Part shown: in pieces, positions 1 through 21,470 of the stretch | How positions within the stretch are numbered: position 1 is the first letter of the stretch | Layout: each line of letters starts with the position of its first letter | Assembly: GCA_051294375.1 (NCBI GenBank) | Contig: CM119271.1 | Location: 2,606,090-2,670,089 of the forward strand | Length of the DNA stretch: 64,000 bases | Reading direction: 5' to 3' | Source: Paraspadella gotoi | Lineage: Eukaryota; Animalia; Chaetognatha | The notes under the pieces: model-generated | What the model was told of the DNA's origin: nothing | Databases searched by the model: none | Seen by the model: only the letters and a program-made list of their open reading frames with translations | Position numbers and translations under genes: made by a program

Positions 1-879
1 CCCCTTTATTCCGCTCGTCGATTTAGATTTTAGAGATATTTATTACTATTATTATTTACTCACGCGAAGTAAATGTTTTTTTTTTTAATGAAAACGAGAC
101 AAAAAAAAAAAAACACTGTTTCGTTTTGATGATTTTTTAAAAATTTGTTTTCGCTTCTCATTGATATTTTTTTTTTATTTTGTGTGTTTGTATAGCAGAA
201 TATAATTATTTGTTTACCTTTTCGGTGCGCGCGCATTATGTCTATGTTCCCGATTTAGAGAAAAAAACAAAACAAAAATACAAAAACAAATTGACAACTT
301 TCTTTCTTTTTCTTTCGCGGCTTTTTTGTTTTTCTTACTTAAATCGCTCTACCTTCGAGCGAGCGACTTAAGTCGTCCCCACTCCGTTCTCCTTTGCTTT
401 TCCGATTTCATACGAAGACCTGATTTCCGGATGTGTTTCTTATATTGTCCTTTTACATCCGGGGGATTTTATGAAGTCTTAATTAAAATCGTCAAGTGAT
501 CACGTTTTTGCCTTCGAGTCAAAAATTCTTTTATTTTAATGTTTATCTTTTATTCTTTTTTCATAATTTCATTATTAGCGAATTTGATATTCTGAATTCC
601 TCATTCCCATATTTTTTGGGGGTGATTTAAACCTACCTAAGTTGTGAGACAATGATTAAGAAAGAGAGAGAAAGAGAGTTATTAATGTTCATTTGTCATC
701 GATCCGCGATAAGGGGGTATTAACTCCGATTCGGCGTATAAAATACCGTGAGGACTCTCGAATTCCTTTTAGAGTCATTTTCCGGTTTCTCTTTCCTTTT
801 TCTCTTTCAGATGATTAAATGAGCAAATATTTTCACTTTTTTGAGTTGGAGGGAGTGAGAGAGAGAGCGAGTCAGAGAA

Positions 880-932
<53 letters not shown>

Positions 933-1778
933 TTAATCTTTACTCATTTCTATTTTCTTTATTCTACCTCTAATATTTTCTTTTCTTTTCTTTCTTTCTT
1001 TCTTTCTTTCTTTCTTTTTTTCTTTTTTTCTTTTTTTCTTTTTTTCTTTTTTTCTTTTTTTCTTTTTTCTTTTTTTCTTTTTTTCTTTTTTTCTTTTTTT
1101 CTTTTTTTCTTTTTTTTTTCCTTAACGGAAAGAGGCTAAAGACGTAGTCGTGTCTCTTCTTTCTTCTCGTCATTTTCCGAGTTACAAGTCACGTTTTTGT
1201 GAGAGACAGAGAGAGAGAGATAGAGACAGAGAGAGAGAGCGAGAAACGTTGTTTTATGACATCGGCCCAGTTCAAACATAATTTTTTCTCTTTTTTTCTT
1301 TTTTTTATTTGATAATAGAAAAAGAAAAAAGAAAAAACTTCCTAATGAAATTAAGGGAACCCAATTTTCTACCCCTAATAATTTCCCGATCGCCAAAAAA
1401 TCCTCCCTTCCTTTGCTAAAAAGTGTCTCGCTCTCTCGGCGTCTCGCACTCATTTTTTTGGGAGATTTTCTCTCTCTTCTCTCGCGTCTACCACTCTGTC
1501 TCTATCTCATTCCTCTATATCTCTCTCTCACTCGCCCTAAGTCTATCCGAGGCCTTTATGTACTCAAATCCAGATCCCTAATGGAACCGACGGGGCGAAG
1601 GGGTCTCTCTCTCGACAGGCACGTCTCTCTCTCCTCTCTCCTCTCTCTCTCTCTCTCTCTCTGGCAATCCATTCTCCACTTTGCGATTTTTTCCGCTTGC
1701 CTATCAGGATGTTGCAATCTCTATTTGCTAGGCGCGGTAATTTTCTCTCTCTCTCTCTCCTCTCTCTCTCTCCTCTCT

Positions 1779-1830
<52 letters not shown>

Positions 1831-2409
1831 TCCTCTCCCCCCTCCCATCCTATCGCTTCAATGACAATCGTATTTTTCAAATTGTTACATTTTCGATGTT
1901 GTATGAATGACTTCCCCATTTTTTTTGTTTTATTTTTATCGCATTACATTTTTTATTGTAAAATCGATGCCAATATGAATCGTTTAATCTTGAAATAGAT
2001 ACTTAGCTCTTTCTCCAGTCATGAATCTATTGCGTTATAAATATTTGTCAGTCGAGAATTTAGTTGAGTTTAAATTTTCCTCCATGTACATGTCAAATTA
2101 GCTAAATAAATCGGTGCATGATTCTTAATTATTGACTATTGTTTTCCCAATTAAATTAATTTTTTAAAACTTAAAACTAATTTGATACATATAATACGTA
2201 TAATACAATAAAATACAAGCCTGAGTGAAACAGGATGAAAGAACTGCCAAGAGTTGAAAAAAGCGATAAAAATTTCTCTTTCTCTCTCTCTCTCACTCTC
2301 TCTCTCTCTCTCTCGCTCTCTCGCTCTCTCTCTCTCTCTCGTTTCATCTCGATAGTTATCGACCAATTACGAGCGAAAAAAAAAACAAGACAAAACGGAA
2401 TGAAATGAA

Positions 2410-2441
<32 letters not shown>

Positions 2442-2554
2442 CGAGAGAAGTTAAGACGGCCCCTCTTATCTCGTTTCAGAATTGCAGAGACGGCAGCTGC
2501 GAACCTTAAGTGGAATCGAACTCACGCTTAATTTTTTTTTTTCATAATCGCCTG

Positions 2555-2581
2555 ATTGTTGGATTGATCGATCGATCGATC

Positions 2582-2612
<31 letters not shown>

Positions 2613-2722
2613 CGATCGATCGATCGATTGTTGGATCGATCGATCGATTGATTGATCGATCGATCGATTGGTTGCCTGATTGATTGATAGATTTGATTTA
2701 TCGTTCGATTGATGTTTCATTG
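2555..2722. repeat. (GATC/GATT)n compound tetranucleotide microsatellite
   Basis: Directly visible gatcgatcgattgattgatt tract. Confidence 0.9.
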
Positions 2723-2976
2723 ATTTATTGTTAGATCGATTGACTTGTTTAATGTCGGTTTTAGATTATCGATTAATTTATGTAATAATTTGTTTATTTA
2801 CTATATTATTTTAGTAACAATGTCTTTAGGCAGTCAGCAGGGTTTACGAACTGAGTCTATTCAGAAAATCACATCCTTTACTCAGCGGGTCTAAGTTTTT
2901 CGTGTGAATTCATCAAGTTTCTTGACCTAAAAAAGATGATAATCCGATCAATATTTTTTTCCGCCGGCTTCTTTCC

Positions 2977-3107
<131 letters not shown>

Positions 3108-3242
3108 CATTTAACAATGATGAGAACTGAAGACATTCTCAATTCCCTCTTGATCATTGACTCCAAACAAAACTAATAAAACCAACTTATAATTATTCAT
3201 TATTAATTATTAATTACTTATATACATTTTAAAATCGACATC

Positions 3243-4776
3243 ATGTCATCTTCCGAAAACCGTGACGGTCAAGAAACTTTAACACAAAGCGAACCATCGA
3301 CAAAAAATTCCGATAAAAATTTATCCAACGATATCAAACAGACAAAAAAAATTTCCCTCGCCGGAAAAACTTTAATTCGCGATGTTTGTCAAAAGATTTT
3401 TTTAAACGAAGCAAAATTAACACAACTCAAACCTTACAGCTGCGACGTTTGTAAGGAAAGTTTTGTATCGGGACTCGGATTGAAAAAACACAAATTAAAT
3501 GCGCATCAAATGAAACCGTTCAAATGCAAAGTTTGTCAATTTAAATTCGCCAATGAAAGTTATTTTAAAAAACACGAATTAACTCACGTCAAAGAGAAAC
3601 CTCATTCGTGCCACGTTTGTCGAAAGTCGTTTACGGAAAAAGGTAACTTGACACAACACATGAAAATCCATAACAAAGTTAAACGGCACCATTGCGATAT
3701 TTGCTATGATTCTTTTGTCAAGCAAGGTCAACTGAAAAAAACACAAATTTACCGTGCACAACGTTAAGCCTTACAGCTGTACCATGTGCCAAAAGTCATT
3801 CACAGAGAAAAGTTACTTAAAGCTGCACATCTCACTTCATCGAAATGAAAAGCCTCATCAATGCGAAGTTTGTCAAAAGTCGTTTTTGCAACGGAGTAAC
3901 TTAAAAAAACACATGTTATGTCACACCAGGGAAATTCTTTACCCCTGTGATGTTTGTGAAATGGGATTTTCTTACAAAAATAGCCTGATCTCTCACAAAC
4001 GCACTCACACCAAAGAAAAACCACATGAATGCGATATTTGTCTTCAATCATTCTCGCAAAAATCTAGTGTAAAACTGCATAAATTAGTTCATACTAAAGA
4101 AAAACCTCATAGCTGCGATGTTTGCCAAAAATCATTTTCACAACTCGGGAACCTGAACCAACATAAATTAACCCACGTTAAAGAAAAAAAACACTCTTGT
4201 GACGTTTGTGGGATGTCATTTAAAAATAAATACAACCTAAATAAACATAAATTAATCCACAACAAGCCCAAATCAAAAAATAATTGTGATATTTGTCAAA
4301 AGTCATTTGCAAACCGTATTAACTTGAAGAGTCACATGTTAATACACACGGGAGACAAACCATTCACCTGCGACTTGTGTTCAAAATCATTCAGACAACT
4401 TGTTCATTTAAAAACTCACAAATTGGTTCATACTAAGGAATACCCACACTCATGTAATATCTGTGAGAGTTTATTCACATGGAAATGCGACATGAAAAAT
4501 CACCTACTGACGCACATCAAAGAAAAACCTCATAGTTGCACCGTTTGTCAAAAGGCATTTAGTTTAAAAAACAATTTGAAAATTCACATGGTGACTCACA
4601 GTCAAGAAAAACCTTTCAGTTGCAAAATTTGTCAAAAATCATTTTCTTTGAAAAGTAATTTAAAGCTTCACCAATCGGTTCACAGCGAGGAGAGGCCACA
4701 TAGTTGCGAAATTTGTTGTAAGTCATTTAAAGAGAGAAGTAAATTGAACGAACATCAAGCAAAACATAGGAAATAA
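3243..4776 (+). CDS. Intronless poly-C2H2 (Kruppel-type) zinc-finger protein, ~510 aa, split by a single-base frameshift at the A7 run 3735-3741
   Basis: ORFs 3243-3767 and 3754-4776 both carry CxxC-x12-HxxxH fingers with HTKEKPH-type linkers. Removing one A gives ...QGQLKKHKFTVHNVKPY..., which completes a finger and joins the ORFs. Confidence 0.9.
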
Positions 4777-4881
4777 GAACTCACTTTTACCATTATGATA
4801 AATTCTTCAAACTGTGGCCAAATCCGTACAACGCTTACAATGCTTACAGAAATAAATGTAGATGAAGATGATGAAGAAGAC

Positions 4882-5155
4882 TTAATTTCTTGTTATCAAA
4901 TTAGTAGTAGATAATGAGTCATTTGTTTATTTTTTGTGCAAACAAAATTTAAACCAAACAAAATTAATTTCTTGTTATCAAATTAGTAGTTGATTATGAG
5001 TCATTTGTTTATTTTTTGTGCAAACAAAATTTAAACCAAACAAAATTAATTTCTTGTTATCAAATTAGTAGTAGATAATGAGTCATTTGTTTATTTTTCG
5101 TGCAAACAAAATTTAAACCAAACAAAATTAATTTCTTGTTATCAAATTAGTAGTA
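4882..5155. repeat. Tandem minisatellite, ~82-bp unit x ~3.3, downstream of the first ZF gene
   Basis: Unit ttaatttcttgttatcaaattagtagt...aaaccaaacaaaa restarts at ~4882, 4964, 5046 and 5128. Confidence 0.9.
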
Positions 5156-5865
5156 CATAAATGATTTTTTTGTAATAAACAATAAACAGAAGCAAATTGT
5201 TTTTTTTTCATCCTCTCGAATATTTCAAGTTATGTACCGTCTGCCGTCTACCGTTAATAAAGAATAAAAATTTAGAAACTTAAAATTTTCCATCATTTTA
5301 AGTTGGCCAGAAATACCAAAATGTTTCCATTTGATAAAAAGGAGTTCGTGAATAAGCGACGTGACGCCTTGTCTGAAACTGATTCCATAAAGTGATAAAC
5401 TCGGAGAGATAAAAAAAAAAAGAGAGAGAGAGAGAGAGAATTTAAACTTATTAGTCAAATCAACTGAACGAGAAACAATAGGGAACGAAATCCCAACAAT
5501 GACCCTTGCTGCGAAAGACCGTGAATGTGAAAGTGAGGCAGAGAAGCCTCCCACTTTCTCTCAAGTGGCCACTCGATCTCAGGCGTCGATTCTCCCAAAT
5601 CCTTCAGTTTCTATTGTTATCTTTCGCCGTAGCCATTGGTCGATGCCCAATGCCCACCCTGAAAGAACTGTTATGTTTCATGGATTCGACGTTGGCTTCT
5701 TTAAATCTCTCTCTCTCTCTCTCTCACTCAATCTCTCTCTCTCTCAATTCCACCTTACCATTTATCCGTTGACCTTCGTCATTTCATCAAATCATTTCGA
5801 TCCGTGATTCGAATCAAGAAAAAACCGAATATTTTTGACACCAATAAATAAATAAAACTTTCATC

Positions 5866-7437
5866 ATGTCTTCCGACGATTCGACAAAATCTCACGAAAT
5901 AGCAGAACTAAGCGATGAATTAATTGAATCAACAACAAATATTTTAAACGTCGCTCAAACTCGCGCAAATCCTCCAAAACTGCAACGAGAATCTTCCGCA
6001 AAAAAGGATACAAATTCTCATATCGGCGACGTTTGTCAAAAATCTTGTTCTTCAAAAAGTAATTTAAATAAACACTTGTTACCGCATATGAGAGAAAAAA
6101 CGTTCATCTGCGCCGTGTGCCAAGACTCGTTCGTAAAAGAAACAGAGTTGGAAAACCACGAATTAGTCGTGCATCAAATTAAACCGTTTAACTGCGAATA
6201 TTGCAGCAAGTCATTCTCTAAAAGACGAAATTTGCTAAATCACCAATTAGTCCATACTAAACCTCACTCTTGCCAAGTCTGTGCCAAGAAGTTTGCGGTG
6301 AAAGGTGTATTAACGAAACACATGAAAATCCATAACATCTGTAATGTTTGCAATGAATCTTTTGACAACATCGATCAATTAGAAAAACACCAATCAAAGA
6401 TTCACAAAATAAAGCTTTACAGCTGTAGCATTTGCCAAATATCTTTCACTGAGAAGTATAACTTAAACATGCACAGCGCCATTCATAGCGCTGTCCCTTA
6501 CCAATGTGATGTTTGCCAAAAGACATTCAACAGAGAGAGTATCTTACGGAAGCACAAATTAATTCACGGCGATGAAAGACCTTATCCATGTGATGCTTGC
6601 CAAAAATCTTTTAAACGAAAGTATCACTTAGATCTCCATATGTTAACTCACACCAAGGAAAAGCCACATAAATGTGCCGTTTGCGAAAAGTCATTTTCCC
6701 AAAAGAGTAGTATAAAGGTACACATGTTAAGTCATACCAAAGAAAAAACTCACATATGTGATATTTGTCAAAAGCCATTTTCCCACAAATCTACTTTGAA
6801 ATCCCATAAATTATCTCACACTCATGAAAAACCTTACACCTGCGATATTTGTCAAAAGTCATTTACTCAACGTTGTAACATGAGAACTCACAAGTTAACC
6901 CATGCCACAGAAAAAACTATGGCTTGCGATGTTTGTAATAAGTCGTTCAAGACGAAAACTGGGCTAAATTATCATAAACAATTCCACGACAAATCCGAAA
7001 TCAAAGTATATTACTGTAATGTTTGCCAAAAGTCATTTCCATGTCGATCGTATTTAAAGATCCACGCGAGAACCCACGCTGATGAAAAACCATACGCCTG
7101 CGATGTCTGTGAAAAATCATTCAGACAACGACAACACTTGAATACTCACCAATTAAGTCATACTAAGGAACACCCGCTATCGTGTAATATATGTCCTTTG
7201 ACGTTCGTGAACAATGACCAACTAAAAGTCCACCTATTTATACATTCCGAAGAGAAGCCTCATACCTGCCCCATTTGTCAAAAGTCATTTTCTCTGAAAG
7301 CCATTTTAAAAACTCACATGAAATCACACGGCGGCCAAAATCTTTTTGCATGCGACGTTTGTGAAAAATCATATTCGCGGGGATGCGATTTGAAAGATCA
7401 CCAACGAATTCATTACGTAGAAAACACTCATTCTTAA
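5866..7437 (+). CDS. Intronless poly-C2H2 zinc-finger protein, 523 aa, tandem paralog of the upstream gene
   Basis: Intact ORF with ~16 C2H2 fingers and HTKEKPH/HADEKPY linkers; short MSS- N-terminus and degenerate first finger (DVCQK) as in the first gene. Confidence 0.95.
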   Translation: MSSDDSTKSHEIAELSDELIESTTNILNVAQTRANPPKLQRESSAKKDTNSHIGDVCQKSCSSKSNLNKHLLPHMREKTFICAVCQDSFVKETELENHELVVHQIKPFNCEYCSKSFSKRRNLLNHQLVHTKPHSCQVCAKKFAVKGVLTKHMKIHNICNVCNESFDNIDQLEKHQSKIHKIKLYSCSICQISFTEKYNLNMHSAIHSAVPYQCDVCQKTFNRESILRKHKLIHGDERPYPCDACQKSFKRKYHLDLHMLTHTKEKPHKCAVCEKSFSQKSSIKVHMLSHTKEKTHICDICQKPFSHKSTLKSHKLSHTHEKPYTCDICQKSFTQRCNMRTHKLTHATEKTMACDVCNKSFKTKTGLNYHKQFHDKSEIKVYYCNVCQKSFPCRSYLKIHARTHADEKPYACDVCEKSFRQRQHLNTHQLSHTKEHPLSCNICPLTFVNNDQLKVHLFIHSEEKPHTCPICQKSFSLKAILKTHMKSHGGQNLFACDVCEKSYSRGCDLKDHQRIHYVENTHS

Positions 7438-8236
7438 CTCAGTGACTCGGAAGTAATATTCTAAAAATTATTGAAATTCACTCGATGAAAACGGTCAAAA
7501 AAGTTCAACTTGTATGCAAGTGAAATTTGTAAAAGCGTCGGCGACCGCTACTGAAACTTTCGTTAACTTTTCTCGACTCAGCGGACGAAACAATTAAGTA
7601 TCATGTTTCTAGTTACTTAATTTTCGAATGGAATGGACGCATGTATTCGAAACGTTTAATTTTAGTTTTTTGTTCGTGTGCTTTTCTAGTTAATATCCTA
7701 ATTAAATCGAGTAAAATTGTTGATTTAAAGTTATGTGAAACTTAGTTACAAATAAAAATGCAAATAGCTTTAAACCGCCAAAAACATTTTTTCCTACTTG
7801 CTAGCTTCAGTGTATTTTTCCGAAACCATCTGCCCCTGAGCTTTTGTAACCGTTATTATATTCACAAATTAAACTCCCAAGAATAACAAATTTGTCTTGC
7901 TTAAGTTAAGGAAAAAATTTCAGCTATAGCATAGATGCGTTCAATATTTTAAATGCAACAGAGCTTATTCATTATGCGATGCCTATTGTCTACGTAATTT
8001 CAAAACAAATTGAATAGAAATGAGAGAATGTTAGGCGAAAGTTATAGTTTATACCTTAATTTTTAAATCAAAGTATAAATATTTGTAATAATTTTTTTTA
8101 ATGGTCGTAGTTTATTTTCCCATTCATTTCCGTAGGTTTGAAATATAATTGTAAAAACTTCATGGTAGTTAAAGTGATTTCATATTGCTGTTTATGTTCA
8201 ACAGCTAGAAAATGTTTGGTTATACCCGTCAGAAAA

Positions 8237-8280
<44 letters not shown>

Positions 8281-8989
8281 CAACAATAAAATAAAAAAAA
8301 AGGCGCCACTTCACCCGACGATGTCTTATCTCTTATCTTCGCCGATCCATGGCGCTGGCGGGCGGCGGTTGCGAGAGAGAAAGAGAGAAAAAAAAATCGT
8401 GTTGAGTTACAGGTAGAAATGTTTACAATATTTTTACACTAATCTCGTTTTTTACAACCTCCATAATATTGCATTCGAACAATCAATGTAGGTTTTGAAG
8501 TCAAGCTGAATTGAGACGACGACGACGACGACGCCGACGATGACGACGACGACGATCAATGTCGCCGACAAAGGATCGACTACTTGAGTTGAGCCTTCGA
8601 CTCCAGACAAACGAAGATTTAAAGACAAAAAAATTAATAAAATATACGTCAGAAAGAAATTAAAAAAAGAGGAGAACTCGAGTTGATTCTCTCTCTCTCT
8701 CTCTCTCTCCCTCTCTCTCTCTCTCTCTCGCAGAGATTCCTTTTGCCTAGGTAAAAGTCAGGAGGTCGGATGAGCTAATGTTACTTCAGACTTTTTTTGA
8801 GTGACGTTGTTTTATATTAGTGATTTGTTTATTATTTCAAGTCTGTTGATCCAGTTCCTACGAGTAACTACTTCACGGAAGATTCATTGTAAAAGTTGGA
8901 TCATATTAAAAATTATATAGTTTTTAAAAAATTCTGTTCCAAAAGTTTTAAGTCGCCACACTGTTGTTGCCGTAAGTATTGTAGTAAAA

Positions 8990-9068
8990 CCTTGAGTTAG
9001 GCGTTGGACTCGAACCCGAAAATTACCATCTACGACGAAGCGACTTTCAAATCCGAGCCAAAATGGGC
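8990..9068 (-). mobile_element. Degenerate tRNA-like / SINE head
   Basis: Minus strand has A-box-like TGGCTCGGATTTG and B-box GGTTCGAGTCC at tRNA spacing; cloverleaf is poor. Confidence 0.3.
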
Positions 9069-9101
9069 GAACTCATTTAAAAACTACGGTCAAACACGAA
9101 G

Positions 9102-9139
<38 letters not shown>

Positions 9140-9648
9140 AGCCGTTTCTGTACAGTGGGCAGAGGTTTATCTGGTCCTTTTTACGGATATATTTTTTTAG
9201 CAGAAGACAGAAAAACAAAAAAACAAATTCCTCTCCGATTCAATGGCCGACTTTTTTCTGACCGCATCGCTCTCCATTTCTCTCTCCGTCTCTCTCTCGT
9301 TTGGAGATTTACCTCCATCTCCATTTTAACCTTTTTTTTTTCCTTTTATCCTTTGCCTCTAATTTCCGCTGTCAATTTGTGTCGTCCAGCACTCCGACTG
9401 TCTTAACACTTCGACACCGCCGTCATAACCTTTGGTCACTTTTTCCTATTTTCTATTCAAACTCTGTAGTCAAATTTGATTCGTTTTTAAAACTATCTCG
9501 TCGTAATAACTGATTTTAAATAATGTTGTTCTCATTTCTCTCTCCAATATTTTGCAATCCACTTTCCAAACCACAGATACACGGTTGAACCACGACTCGA
9601 CCATCCACTTCACCACGCCCCACTTCTTCGCCACACTTCATCCAAACC

Positions 9649-16919
<7,271 letters not shown>

Positions 16920-18528
16920 TTATAATTATAATAATTATAATAATCATTCTCTATTATTACGTACAGTCAACAGTTTGGTGAAGATTCCGGTAGATTCCGA
17001 AAATATCTTTTCGTATTTGGGAGGCAGTTGCAGTCGGCAATGGAGGTTAAACGTTTGATGTTGAATAAACCACTTACGTTACGTACTTAAAGAACTAACA
17101 AATTAGTTGCGGTAAAATGTCAGCTGTCACAATACAGTGCCAAGTATATTTCACATGTCATCATCTACTTTGATACAAATAATTACAAACGTTGTCTCTA
17201 TTATCGAATATTATTGCAATAAGTAAACAATACGTATCGCAACTAACAAATGTCAACTCTCACGTCGCCTTTTTCTCTTTTTCGTTTCACACACGAGCTT
17301 CACATTTTCGATCACGAGGACGGGCGATCCCCGACCGCTGGCCTCGGATGATCCAATTCACCTCCATCACTACCCCAACATCGATTCCCCCACCCCACCC
17401 CCGACCTTTTTTTTGTCTTAACTCGCGCCTCTCGAGTTTCGCCTTTGTTTTGATTTTCCAGAGCACTTACACGCACCTCCTGTGTTTCAGCTGCTTTTTT
17501 TTGGTCTCCTGTATAGGAGAGAGTGAGAAGAGAGGAGAGAGAGAGAGAGAGAGGAGAGCAGAGAGAGAGAGAGAGAGGAGACGAGAGAGAGAGCAGAGAG
17601 CATCGGCTTGTCACATGGGGCAACGGGGGGAAGAGCAATGATGTTTCACTGACTTTCTCCTGCAAGTTTCAAATGAAATAAAATTCACAATATTTTCTTC
17701 TTCTTGTACCGAATATCCGTGTTCTTGATTTGCGATCCATGGAGAGCGCCAGAGAGAATGAACAAGAGAGAGTAGAGAGCAGAGAGCACGAGAACGACGA
17801 GCAGAGAGAGAGAGAGACGAGGAGGAGAGAGACGAGACGAGAGAGAGAGACATGCTGGGACGGCGGGAAAGAGACATGCATGTTTCCATGTTTTTTCCTT
17901 TGAGTTATCAAAATGAAATACAATTCAAAAATTTTCTTCTTTTGTAACCCATATCCGTGTTTGATTGGCATCATGGAGAGAGAATGCGACAAGAAGAGGC
18001 AGAAGAGACCGAGCGGCAGAGAGAGAGAGAGACGACGAGAGCGAGAGAGAGAGAGAGAGACCGACAAGAACGAATAAAAACAGAAGCGCCGAAGAAGAGC
18101 ACTACTACGAACCATCGAATTAGAAATAATATTCTTTTATTTCTCGGTAACGCGGTTAACCTTTTTTCTTTAACCTGGCCGGCAACCGAAAATAAACAGC
18201 GACGGCATCTGATCGCTTAAAAAAAGCGATCAACACAGCAGATTTTGTTTAAAACTTAAACAAAACAAGACAAAAACCAAAGGAACAGAGAAACTGAGAG
18301 ACGGAGACGACGAGCAGAAGACGGAAGAAGATGAAGACGTCCATGTCCTTGAGAAGAGATTGGGAGAGAGAGAGAGAGAAATAAAATCCTCAGCTACGAC
18401 CTATTCAATCACGTGCTACATTGTCATCGAAGCTAACTAACCCGAAATTCTACTCATGCATTCAGGTGGTTTGGGAAAAAAAGACCGAAATCTCTCTCTT
18501 TGTNNNNNNNNNNNNNNNNNNNNNNNNN

Positions 18529-20958
18529 GACAAAACCCAGAAGAAGCCTCGGACAACTTTGAAGCCGTTAACTTCTGAACCTGAATGACCGTAGCAGGAC
18601 CGAAGGATTAGCTCTATTAAATCCGCAAGTTGGTTCCGGCAGATACGGGAGTGGCCTTTTGGAAAAACCCGAGTAAGGCGCTGACGAAACGTGTTGGCAA
18701 ACAGAACGGCTGAGACCGAGTAGGAATATATAAAAAAAAAACCGGTAGATAATGAGGGCGGAAGGCGATGTCGAGGACGCTCGTTGAATGAGATCGTGAC
18801 GCAAGGGAATAACGGACCCGAATCCGAAGGGGTGTCAAACAATGGGTCCTTGAGCGTCAATCGCATCTGAAGGTGTTACGTATGCGATTTAAAACTCGGC
18901 GACGGCGGTTGGTTACGAAAAGTATTTTCTTTCTCACTATCGTGCTCTTTTTCGTAAAGTTTTCAAATTTTCGACCTCGATTAACACAATTTTTTTAAAA
19001 AAAAACTCATTTGATATTTCAAGTGTTTTCCGATTTACCCAAAATAAAACTGTAAAATCTTACTAACCTTATTAGTTTGATGAACCAAAGTAAATTAACA
19101 CTGTTTTTGGATTTACTTAAACTTTAAGACGGTAATTCTTCAGTAACTAAACGCGCAGATGAACAAGTAACAAGAAAACATGAAACATGGGTAAAGTTAT
19201 TCTTAAAAAAAAATAGACAATATTCGAGTTTCGGGTTTGTCTTAAATTCGGCTTTGGTTCCCGCAGACTTTATTTTCAGCCATAAGGTCGAAGACCCGGC
19301 CTAATAGATGCGGACAATACTGTATTGGATGGGTCGATATCGGCGTGTGGGCGTGACTGTAGGGGGATCGATCTCGGCGTTTTGCCCCCGTTTCTTGAAG
19401 AAGGAACGCGACGCACGATTATTGAAGACGATGAAGAAACACGAGCTTGAGAATCAGGGGCGGTTGCCTTTGACGTAGAACGGTTTTAAAACTTTGTAAT
19501 CTTAATAACTTTTTATGATTTTATGGACTTAATTATGTATAGTATAATTAAATAATTATGAAACCGTTTTAACGGACAAAACTTGGATCGTAGTAAACAA
19601 AAACGATTCTTGAAACCACGATCGTCGCTCATATTGGAAAGTCAGTCAAAAAGTCGAGGCAGATCAAATGATTACTTAAAATTAAACTTAAAATATAAAC
19701 TTAAAATTAAGTGAGTCTCTCCCTCTCCTCCCTGCACCTCCCCTCCTCTTCCTCCGATTCTCCAAGCTACACCGTGGTCGGTCGGTTGGAATCCCTCGTC
19801 GGCATCCTTCTCAGCGTCAACTCGGCCGCCAACTTCTTTCTCTACACGGCCTTCAGCCCGTCCTTCCGACTCACCCTCAGCGCCTCGTCGGGAGATGCAA
19901 AACGCGGCGCGGCTGCGGGGGCGGCGTCGGAAGTCCAGGCGCCGATATCGTGACGCCGTCCGTGAAACGAGCCATTCTCGGCACCGGTGAACGCCGCGAG
20001 AGATCATCGACGCCGCGCGCCGGCGATGACCGAAAGAGCGCCGCAAAATCTACGCCGCCGGCTGCGGGAAAAAGAGCAAAAGACGCCGAGGACGCAACGA
20101 CAACGAGTAAGGGGAAATAAGTATTTTCGGTTCAATAGTTTTTTTAGGGGGAATTTTTTTTTAAAACTAATTTCTTCCTTTTTTAAAATCTTTTTTCTAC
20201 TTTTTAAAGCTAAGTTTATTTCTCAATTTATAACTTCCCAGTAGTAAAATATTAAAGAGGCTTCAATGAAAGCGCAACGGGATATTTTTCTGGAATTATT
20301 TTTTAATCTCATTTGCATATTTCAGATATGCTTAGTTTGTGACTTTTCAAAACAATAATTATAATTATAATAATTATAATAATATTCTCTATTATTACGT
20401 ACAGTCAACAGTTTGTGAAGATTCCGGTAGATTCCGAAAATATCTTTTCGTATTTGGGAGGCAGTTGCAGTCGGCAATGGAGGTTAAACGTTTGATGTTG
20501 AATAAACCACTTACGTTACGTACTTAAAGAACTAAACAAATTAGTTGTCGGTAAAATGTCAGCTGTCACAATACAGTGCCAAGTATATTTCACATGCCAT
20601 CATCTACTTTGATACAATAATTACAAACGCTTGTCTCTATTATCGATTTATGATATACAATACGTATCCAACTAACAAATGTCAACTCTCACGTCGCCTT
20701 TTTCTCTTTTTCGTTTCACACACGAGCTTCACATTTTCGATCACGAGGACGGCGATCCCCGACCGCTGGCCTCGGATGATCCAATTCACCTCCATCACTA
20801 CCCAACATCGATTCCCCCACCCCACCCCGACTTTTTTTTGTCTTAACTCGCGCCTCTCGAGTTTCGCCTTTGTTTTGATTTTCCAGAGCACTTACACGCA
20901 CCTCTCTGTTTTTCAGCTTGCTTTTTTTGTCTCTGATAGAGGAGATGAGTAGAGAGTG

Positions 20959-21010
<52 letters not shown>

Positions 21011-21177
21011 TGGGAAGCGGGAAAGAGAATGAATCTTCATGTCTTTTCCTTGAGTTTCAAAATGAAATAAAATTCAAAATATTTTCTTCTTTGTACCGAC
21101 ATCCGTGTTTGATGGAGAGAGAATGAAAAAAGAGAGAGAAGAGATAGAGAGAGAGAGAGAGCGAGAGAGACGAGAGA

Positions 21178-21208
<31 letters not shown>

Positions 21209-21470
21209 CGAAGAGAAAAAAAGAAGACGGAGAAGAATAACTCGAATTGAAATAATTTTTTTTTCGGTACGGGATAACTTTTTTTTTATTGGCGGCAACG
21301 AAAATAAACACGAGGTCGGATCGTAAAAAAAGCATCAAAAGAGATTTGTTTAAAAAAACAAAACAAGAAAAAACCAAAGAGAGAATGAGAGAGATAGAGA
21401 GAGAGAGAGAGAGAAATAAAATCTCAGTCTACGTTGTGCTACATTGTCATCGAAGCTAACCCGAATTTTT
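18529..21470 (+). other. Indel-rich duplicate of ~15140-18450 (3' part of the GPCR), probable assembly or haplotype redundancy
   Basis: Starts right after an N gap; colinear with the first copy including introns; differences are mostly 1-bp indels. Confidence 0.8.

Noticed and set aside
18529-21470. Second GPCR paralog or pseudogene
   Set aside because: Gap-adjacent, partial and dominated by indels equally in exons and introns, which fits assembly redundancy.
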